A program made the position numbers and the translations under genes. 64,000 nt of DNA. Source: Candidatus Omnitrophota bacterium. Lineage in GTDB: Bacteria; Omnitrophota; Omnitrophia; Omnitrophales; Aquincolibacteriaceae. Shown here piece after piece: positions 58,274 through 64,000 of the stretch (within the stretch, counting starts at the first letter, position 1; every line of letters starts with the position of its first letter). The notes under the pieces were generated by a model. The model was not told where the DNA came from, ran no database searches, and saw only the letters and a program-made list of their open reading frames with translations. Location of the stretch: assembly GCA_022709525.1 (NCBI GenBank), contig JAKLIQ010000002.1, forward strand, positions 128,984-192,983, written 5' to 3'.

Positions 58274-58323
58274 GCTGACTGCTCTGCAGTCGGATCTTCC
58301 CGCGAAATCATTTCTTTGAACGT

Positions 58324-58399
58324 GGGCCGGTAGTTCAGTTGGTAGAACGCTACAATGGCATTGTAGAGGTCAGGGGTTCAACTCCCCTCCGGTCCACCA
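58324..58399 (+). tRNA. tRNA-Ala (anticodon GGC), G3:U70 pair, CCA encoded
   Basis: Read as GGGCCGGTAGTTCAGTTGGTAGAACGCTACAATGGCATTGTAGAGGTCAGGGGTTCAACTCCCCTCCGGTCCACCA. Confidence 0.85.
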
Positions 58400-58408
58400 T
58401 TTTTATTA

Positions 58409-58494
58409 GCGAGAGTGGCGGAACTGGCAGACGCACTGGACTCAAAATCCAGCGGTGCTCAAACACCATGAGGGTTCGACTCCCTCCTCTCGCA
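58409..58494 (+). tRNA. tRNA-Leu (anticodon CAA), type II with long variable arm
   Basis: Read as GCGAGAGTGGCGGAACTGGCAGACGCACTGGACTCAAAATCCAGCGGTGCTCAAACACCATGAGGGTTCGACTCCCTCCTCTCGCA. Confidence 0.85.
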
Positions 58495-58518
58495 CTGGTT
58501 TTCCCCCGATTTCTCCGA

Positions 58519-58926
58519 TCAAAAAAGCGTCTGGGGTTTTAGAGGCAGGTCGTCCTGATCGCCCGGCACGAACGCAAAAACCACATCCCATAACCCGCAA
58601 CCCAGGCGTGTCAGCGACCGGAAGGTCCCGTCAACAACACCCGCCATATCCCGGATCGCGCGGGAATTGCCGTTCGTCTTTCCGTCATATTCCTTGACGG
58701 TTAAAGGGATCTCCCACGGAAAACTCACGATATTTTTGACGCCGCGGGTGAATGTTCTTCCAAGCTGGGTGAAATAACCGGGCTCGGGCTCCGCGTAAGC
58801 GGGGCTAAGAAGGGCAAACCATAACGAAATGAACAAGAGACCCGTGATCTTAACTTTCATGGACCGCTCCTGACCTTTGGGTAATGCTTCTTTGGGCGAA
58901 ACAAACTTAAAGTTTTTAACTGCCAC
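58519..58926 (-). CDS. Hypothetical secreted protein
   Basis: An internal Met is followed by the signal peptide MKVKITGLLFISLWFALLSPAYA. The exact start is uncertain. Confidence 0.4.
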   Translation of the reverse strand: MAVKNFKFVSPKEALPKGQERSMKVKITGLLFISLWFALLSPAYAEPEPGYFTQLGRTFTRGVKNIVSFPWEIPLTVKEYDGKTNGNSRAIRDMAGVVDGTFRSLTRLGCGLWDVVFAFVPGDQDDLPLKPQTLF

Positions 58927-58984
58927 AGCCGATGAACTTTATGCGTAGCAGTGATCATTTCAAAAACATGAACAAGAGGAAACG

Positions 58985-59176
58985 ATGAAATCAGCTTACA
59001 GTTGCCCCGCGTGCCAATGGTCCGGCAGTGAAGCGAGCTTCGTCACAAAGATCCTCTCCATCATGTACCGCCCCAAACACGACAATATCCAGGCCTTCAA
59101 GCAGATCAAATGCCCCAAATGCCATAATTTGGTAACGATCATTTTTGAAACGCTTGACGGCACGATCGTCAAGTAG
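58985..59176 (+). CDS. Small zinc-ribbon protein (CxxC...CxxC), hypothetical
   Basis: The 63-aa product contains CPAC...CPKC. Confidence 0.35.
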   Translation: MKSAYSCPACQWSGSEASFVTKILSIMYRPKHDNIQAFKQIKCPKCHNLVTIIFETLDGTIVK

Positions 59177-59198
59177 CTCCCTCTTTTCCCCAGATCTT

Positions 59199-59972
59199 TT
59201 AACGCAAACACCCAAAGTGCGTCAATCTGATCCCGAGATGGTCGATGTACTTGCGGAGCTCTTTTAAGCTGAAAAGCTGATATTCCCTCTCGCGAGGGAT
59301 CGTGAGCGAACTGATCTCGCAAAGCTCATCATCCACCCACCCGGGATGGCACATGATCTCGCTGGTGCCTTCCGGCAACGTAAAGAGAAGATGCCGCAAC
59401 ACTTCTTCCGTCCAAAAAGTATGGGGATCGATGTTCCTGTAGAAATGGTCGGTCGTTTTAAGATTCTTGTGAATATTTTTAACGTCCGGTTCGGTAAGAA
59501 GACGGGTCCAGCGGATGGGCAGCTTGTTCTTTTTAGCGATCAAGGCGAGCGCCTCGAGAAAAGGCCGGTAATCATGCATGTGGTGGTGAACGTCCACATG
59601 GGTTGGCAACCGTTTGAAAATCTTCACGAATTTTTGGAGTTGGGCTTTAAATTCCTCGGCGATCTCGGAAATGGGCGGTAATCTTTTAGCGGAGTACTGG
59701 TCTTTTTTCTTGAAACGCCCGTCTTTTTGAAGAAGGGACTTCACCAGCGACGGCTTCGCCACGGGTTTTCCAAGCGTCACGTTCAGATGAAGCCCGATGC
59801 CAAGCTTTTTCCGGGATAAAAGTTCGCCCACCACGTCGGATTCGACCGGAAGATTGACCAGGAAAGTCGTGCTGGTCACAATGCCATTCTCATGCGACTT
59901 GAGAATGGCCTCCGTGACCCGGGAAGTTAAATTGCAATCATCCGCGTTGACGATCAGCGTTCGTTGTTTCAT
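59199..59972 (-). CDS. YdjC/ChbG/HpnK-family carbohydrate deacetylase
   Basis: The product begins MKQRTLIVNADDCNL. Confidence 0.7.
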   Translation of the reverse strand: MKQRTLIVNADDCNLTSRVTEAILKSHENGIVTSTTFLVNLPVESDVVGELLSRKKLGIGLHLNVTLGKPVAKPSLVKSLLQKDGRFKKKDQYSAKRLPPISEIAEEFKAQLQKFVKIFKRLPTHVDVHHHMHDYRPFLEALALIAKKNKLPIRWTRLLTEPDVKNIHKNLKTTDHFYRNIDPHTFWTEEVLRHLLFTLPEGTSEIMCHPGWVDDELCEISSLTIPREREYQLFSLKELRKYIDHLGIRLTHFGCLR

Positions 59973-59995
59973 GGCCGGCCATAATCTCCGTGCTG

Positions 59996-60376
59996 TTATG
60001 GGATAACGATCACCACAGTCGCGATGGCGTATTCCCGTTCATGCGCGACTGATAACTCGACCTGGGACTTTGCCGGAAGACGCAATCGCTTCCGGCTTTC
60101 CGCATCCAGCGCGATATAGGGCTTCCCCGTCGCCTCGCGCCGGACCTCGATCCCCGAAAGTCTTTGCCCCTGTTTCGGGCGTATTTTAAGAGCTTTCAGG
60201 ACGGCTTCTTTGGCCGCGAAACGCGCCGCATAATGCTCGAATTTCATGCGCTTCGAACCGCAGTAATCCTGTTCCGCCGCGCTAAAGACACGCTGAAGGA
60301 ACTTGTTGCCAGACCTCGCGATCATCTCTTCCATCCGCCGGACCTTGACGAGGTCGATACCCTGAAGGATCTTCAC
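59996..60376 (-). CDS. acpS: Holo-ACP synthase (housekeeping AcpS)
   Basis: Motifs GIDLVKV and FAAKEAVLKAL are present in a 126-aa product. Confidence 0.8.
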   Translation of the reverse strand: MKILQGIDLVKVRRMEEMIARSGNKFLQRVFSAAEQDYCGSKRMKFEHYAARFAAKEAVLKALKIRPKQGQRLSGIEVRREATGKPYIALDAESRKRLRLPAKSQVELSVAHEREYAIATVVIVIP

Positions 60377-60388
60377 AAAACGGCCACT

Positions 60389-60697
60389 CTAAGAAGCAAC
60401 GGCGGTTCGAAGAAACCAATAAGCCAACGCGGCAATGATCAGAACGGAAATAATGTAGAAATTATTAAAACGCCAGAAATCCCACAGCCGCTGACCGAGT
60501 GAGATCGAAGGGCCCGCCTTTTTTTTCTTCAGCAGGACATCATACTTGAGGTTCAAAACCTCTTCTTTCCGAAACCGGATATACACGCCGCCGATCTTGT
60601 AGGCATGGAGGACACCGTCGCGGATGAACTTTTCGATCATTTGCTGTTCGATCTCGAGGTAATTCTTCACCTCATCGAGAGTCAGCATGTTATTCAT
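60389..60697 (-). CDS. Excisionase-family HTH DNA-binding protein with C-terminal TM helix
   Basis: An N-terminal HTH (LTLDEVKNYLEIEQQMIEKFIRDG) is followed by C-terminal hydrophobic helices. Confidence 0.45.
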   Translation of the reverse strand: MNNMLTLDEVKNYLEIEQQMIEKFIRDGVLHAYKIGGVYIRFRKEEVLNLKYDVLLKKKKAGPSISLGQRLWDFWRFNNFYIISVLIIAALAYWFLRTAVAS

Positions 60698-60763
60698 GGT
60701 ATACGGACCTTTTCGGAGAAACAGATTGCGTGATGAATGGGACCGGAACGCTTCAAAGAAGCC

Positions 60764-61297
60764 TTAAACGCGAGCACGCTCCTGCTGGATCCACTGGTCG
60801 ATCTCGGACTTGGTAAAGACCCAGTGGCCGCTTTCAAAACGGGCCGGGATCTTTTTTGCATTGGCCCATTCTTCGACGACGCGCGCTTCAACCTCCAGGT
60901 ACTGCGCCACATCCTTAAGCGTCAGGAACACGTCGGGCCCCTCGGAAGCGCTTACGCCTTGCATGGTCACAAGCCCTTGAAGCATGGCGCCATCCCCCAC
61001 GCTCAAACGCGGCGTCGTAAGATTCCCTTTAAGAGTCGCGGTCCCTAGGATCGACAGACTGCGCGATGCCACAACATCCCCGGAGACTTTGCCTGCGATC
61101 ACAATGCTATCGCCGTGGATATTCGCCGTAACCTTGGCGTTCTCCCCGATCGTAAGATTGCCGCGCGTGTCGAGCTTGCCTTCGAAGCTTCCGTTAATGC
61201 GCAAATTGACGGGATCCTTGAACGAAATGGTCCCTTGCATGCTTGCGTCAACGTCGAGAATCTTTTCCTGGATATCTTCCTTTTTCTTATTGGCCAT
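60764..61297 (-). CDS. Bactofilin-domain protein fused to a C-terminal excisionase/MerR-type HTH
   Basis: Beta-helical bactofilin repeats (IxGxVxGD-like) are followed by LTLKDVAQYLEVEARVVEEWANAKKIPA. The start was set at the ATG that has the SD AAAGGAGA 8 nt upstream. Confidence 0.6.
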   Translation of the reverse strand: MANKKKEDIQEKILDVDASMQGTISFKDPVNLRINGSFEGKLDTRGNLTIGENAKVTANIHGDSIVIAGKVSGDVVASRSLSILGTATLKGNLTTPRLSVGDGAMLQGLVTMQGVSASEGPDVFLTLKDVAQYLEVEARVVEEWANAKKIPARFESGHWVFTKSEIDQWIQQERARV

Positions 61298-61334
61298 GGT
61301 CGCTCTCCTTTGGAGGCATTGTGGGATAAAAAAC

Positions 61335-61384
61335 TTAGTCCCAATTCCTATCAATTTCAGAGAATCTGAAATTGGGGCAATCCT
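61335..61384 (-). promoter_or_regulatory. Copy A of the conserved ~48-nt element in the 5' leader of the bactofilin-HTH gene
   Basis: The minus strand reads AAGGATTGCCCCAATTTCAGATTCTCTGAAATTGATAGGAATTGGGACTAAG. Confidence 0.6.
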
Positions 61385-61426
61385 TGTCAACCATTCGAGA
61401 AAAAAATACCAGACAAGGATGATTCA

Positions 61427-61455
61427 TTATCTTCATTTTATCGGACCTTGTCAAT
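61427..61455 (-). promoter_or_regulatory. Sigma70-type promoter: TTGACA, 17-nt spacer, GATAAT, upstream of element copy A
   Basis: The minus strand reads TTGACAaggtccgataaaatgaaGATAAT. Confidence 0.45.
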
Positions 61456-61545
61456 GAATGGCGCGAGACTCGGGACTTGTTCCCCGGGGCCCGTTGGATG
61501 CCCGCTTTTCTCGAGTCCCCAGCCCCGAGTAATAAGTTCCATTTT

Positions 61546-62628
61546 TTATTGGATCTCTCCCGCCCCCCAGCAAACGCCGCAGCGATAAAATACGGCGAAT
61601 TGGCCCGGCGTTACGGCGCGCTGCGGTTTTTGGAAAACGATCCGGGCTCTGCTCCCTGAAAGCGGATAAAGTGTTCCCGGCGTCGCCGCCTGACGGTAAC
61701 GGATCTTTGTCTGGACACGAACAGGACGCTCAGGTTTCCCTCCGATAAAATTGCAAAGCGAAAGCGATACCTCCCGGCTTAAAAGTTCTTTTTCATGGCG
61801 GGTAACGTGAAGGATGTTTTTCTTTGCGTCCGACCCCTTGACAAAAAAAGGACCGCCGGAGAATCCGAGCCCCTTGCGTTGGCCGATCGTATAAAAGTGA
61901 AGGCCTTGATGTTTGCCGATCATCTTGCCGTCGTCATCACACACTTCCCCTTCCCTCCGGCCGATCTTTTTTGTTAAAAAAGAATCCATAGAACCGCCTG
62001 AAACAAAACAAAAGTCCTGGCTCTGTTTCCGTTTAAGAAAAACTTCAAACCCCCGCTTGACCGCCATTTGATAGACCTCTTGCTTCGTATAAGCCCCAAG
62101 CGGAAACACAATATGTTTTAATTGTTCCTGGGAAAGAAAGCTGAGCGAATAGGTTTGGTCTTTTTCTCTATCTCTTCCAACAAGCAATTCATAACGATGA
62201 GTTTTCGGATTTTTTCGAACCCGGGCATAATGGCCGGTCGCCACATGATCGATCCCGCGGCGATTCGCCCATCCTAAAAGCTGTTTGAATTTAAGAAACC
62301 GGTTGCACATCACGCAGGGGTTGGGGGTTTTGTGGCCTTTTAAACGTTCGAGGAAATAATCGATCACTTCTTTTTTAAAATCACGGGATACGTCAAAGAC
62401 ATGGTGAGAAACGCCGAGTTTTTTACAGACATTTGCGGCGATCCGGAATGATTCCGCGCTGCAGCAAATATTTTCCCTGAGCCCGTTTGCCTTATCTTTC
62501 CAAACAGGATATTTCAATGAAACGCCCACGGGATCCCAGCCCTGCTCTTTTAAAAGGACAAGGGCCATAGAAGAATCCACGCCGCCCGACATGCCGACCA
62601 CGATAGATTTCCGTTTCAAAACGGACAT
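61546..62628 (-). CDS. mnmA: tRNA-specific 2-thiouridylase MnmA
   Basis: The PP-loop reads VVGMSGGVDSS. Catalytic Cys residues are present. Confidence 0.9.
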   Translation of the reverse strand: MSVLKRKSIVVGMSGGVDSSMALVLLKEQGWDPVGVSLKYPVWKDKANGLRENICCSAESFRIAANVCKKLGVSHHVFDVSRDFKKEVIDYFLERLKGHKTPNPCVMCNRFLKFKQLLGWANRRGIDHVATGHYARVRKNPKTHRYELLVGRDREKDQTYSLSFLSQEQLKHIVFPLGAYTKQEVYQMAVKRGFEVFLKRKQSQDFCFVSGGSMDSFLTKKIGRREGEVCDDDGKMIGKHQGLHFYTIGQRKGLGFSGGPFFVKGSDAKKNILHVTRHEKELLSREVSLSLCNFIGGKPERPVRVQTKIRYRQAATPGTLYPLSGSRARIVFQKPQRAVTPGQFAVFYRCGVCWGAGEIQ

Positions 62629-62634
62629 AAAAGA

Positions 62635-63330
62635 TCAGGGCCTTCCGAAGGAATGATAGAAACCCGAAAGACGGAGGGCAAAAGCCGCGGCAGATTGAGA
62701 AGAAGAAGAGATCTTGATCCGTCTTAAAAGATAGGGATTCCCGATGAATTTCCGGTCATGGATATGGCTTGCGGCGCAGCCGTAGGCGTAACCGGCTCCT
62801 TGCGCCATTTCGACGATCTTTTCGTTAAAAGACCCGGAAGGATAAGAGATCGCACTGACTTCCCGACCGAGCTGTTCTTCCAGGATCTTTTTCGAAGCGA
62901 CAAGTGAAATCCATGCCTCTTTTTCCGGAATATCGGAAAGAGGTCTGTGCTCAAGCCCGTGGCTTCCAATCTCAATACCCGGAACCTCCGCCATTTCGCG
63001 GAGCATATCCCAGTTCATGAACCCCTCCTGACCGATGTCTTGCGGGGTCGCAAAGAAAGTGGCTGCGAATCCGAATTCTTTTAAGACCGGCAAAGCCCAG
63101 CGATAGTTATCCGCATAGCCATCATCGAATGTGATGGCTGCCTTGCGATCCAAAAAGCCTTCCGTCCACCCGCCTCTCGCGCAGGATTCAAGTGTCACGA
63201 TCTTAAAGCCCCATTTTTTAAGCAAAAGCATCTGCTGCCTGAAAATCTGAGGGCTGATCGCGAGTTTATTGTTTGGAAAACGCCCAGGATCCAAGCTGTG
63301 ATAAGCAAGAATGGGAATAAATCTGCTCAC
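62635..63330 (-). CDS. Polysaccharide deacetylase (NodB homology domain)
   Basis: Motifs ITFDDGY and HGLEHRPL are present. Confidence 0.75.
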   Translation of the reverse strand: MSRFIPILAYHSLDPGRFPNNKLAISPQIFRQQMLLLKKWGFKIVTLESCARGGWTEGFLDRKAAITFDDGYADNYRWALPVLKEFGFAATFFATPQDIGQEGFMNWDMLREMAEVPGIEIGSHGLEHRPLSDIPEKEAWISLVASKKILEEQLGREVSAISYPSGSFNEKIVEMAQGAGYAYGCAASHIHDRKFIGNPYLLRRIKISSSSQSAAAFALRLSGFYHSFGRP

Positions 63331-64000
63331 GGAAGATCCTCGATGGCGTCCTCATAAACCTTCTGGATCCCTTCATACATTTTCCGGGATGAATAATCCA
63401 AAGCCCCTTCATTCGCCGCATGGCTCATGCGCAAACGAAGCGCGGGATCCCGGGCATAATCAAAAAGGCAGCGGGCCAGGTCCGCCGCATCTTCTCTTTT
63501 GAAAAGAAGACCCCGACTTCCCTGCGCCAAGAGCTCTTCGATACCGCCTGAATTAGAACCCACGAGCGGAAGCCCGGCAACCATCGCCTCCAGGATCGAA
63601 AGTCCGAACGCTTCCGGCCAAAGATAAGGCGCAATAAAAATGTCCGCCGCTTTAAGCGGTTTTTCGATCGCCGTTTCGTTTCCGGCAAAAAAAACAACGT
63701 CTTCGAGACCTAATTCTGAGACCCTGTTCTTTAATTCTTGTGTATAACCGGGATCGCCGGCGCCGGCGATCAAAAGGCGCATTCCGAGAACCTGGCGATG
63801 AACGATCGCAAAGGCATCGATAAGAATATGGACGCCTTTGACGGGGATCAATCTTGAAAGCGATAAGACCACGATATCGTCGGGACGGTATCCGTAGCTT
63901 TTGCGGATCTCCTCGCGGTCGACTTTTTCCAATTTTGAACGCAATTTCCCGATATCGATCCCGTTAAGCACGACCGTGATCGGAGGAAGATTTTTCGCGC
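63327..64000 (-). CDS. GT4/GT1-family glycosyltransferase, C-terminal part (start lies beyond window end)
   Basis: The retaining-GT signature reads EAFGLSILEAMVAGLPLVGSNSGGIEE. Confidence 0.7.
   Translation of the reverse strand, partial: AKNLPPITVVLNGIDIGKLRSKLEKVDREEIRKSYGYRPDDIVVLSLSRLIPVKGVHILIDAFAIVHRQVLGMRLLIAGAGDPGYTQELKNRVSELGLEDVVFFAGNETAIEKPLKAADIFIAPYLWPEAFGLSILEAMVAGLPLVGSNSGGIEELLAQGSRGLLFKREDAADLARCLFDYARDPALRLRMSHAANEGALDYSSRKMYEGIQKVYEDAIEDLP

Noticed and set aside
1-64000. CRISPR arrays, rRNA genes, integrases, transposases or phage genes
   Set aside because: No direct-repeat-spacer arrays, rRNA-like stretches or mobile-element coding sequences were recognised anywhere in the window.

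Overview
This 64 kb window appears to come from a moderately GC-rich diderm (two-membrane) bacterium, judged from the presence of Mla, Lol, LptE, Lnt, MurJ and SecA genes. It is densely coding and mostly on the minus strand. The 5' third is one long co-directional run of housekeeping genes: mlaDFE, an AsmA-like protein, clpC, mcsB, mcsA, ilvE, lolDC, lysS and two aldolases. The most unusual region lies at about 15.2–23.7 kb. It is a tightly overlapping operon that encodes what reads as a dedicated type II FAS/PKS-like lipid pathway (the cluster). Its parts, in order, are a GT2 glycosyltransferase, a thioester reductase, an intact KS, an active-site-dead chain-length-factor KS, a dead/live hotdog dehydratase pair, a second AcpS-type PPTase, an ACP with a Cys-rich C-terminal extension, a SAM methyltransferase and a divergent FabL-type enoyl reductase. 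Small Cys-rich membrane proteins and lnt follow it. Downstream are secA, prfB with the canonical programmed +1 frameshift, tRNA-His, and a secreted AlkP-type phosphodiesterase. Next comes an adjacent serine-palmitoyltransferase-like alpha-oxoamine synthase plus SDR pair, which may make a sphingoid base. After that come pckG, metH, uvrC, murJ, rpsT, holA, lptE, a 996-aa TPR/coiled-coil protein, comEC, an exeA/gspB pair, a GH35 hydrolase, leuS, tRNA-Ala, tRNA-Leu, the housekeeping acpS, a bactofilin-HTH fusion and mnmA. The window ends with a polysaccharide deacetylase and a partial GT4. The most striking non-genic signal is a conserved element of about 48 nt, partly palindromic, present in three copies. 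Each copy sits in the same orientation at or just upstream of a start codon: the fabL-like gene, metH and the bactofilin-HTH gene. Two copies end exactly ...GGTATTGGGACyATG. Several genes (GT2, prfB, comEC, leuS) have a -10 box ending only 7–10 nt before the ATG, which suggests frequent leaderless transcripts. No CRISPR array, rRNA or obvious mobile element was seen.
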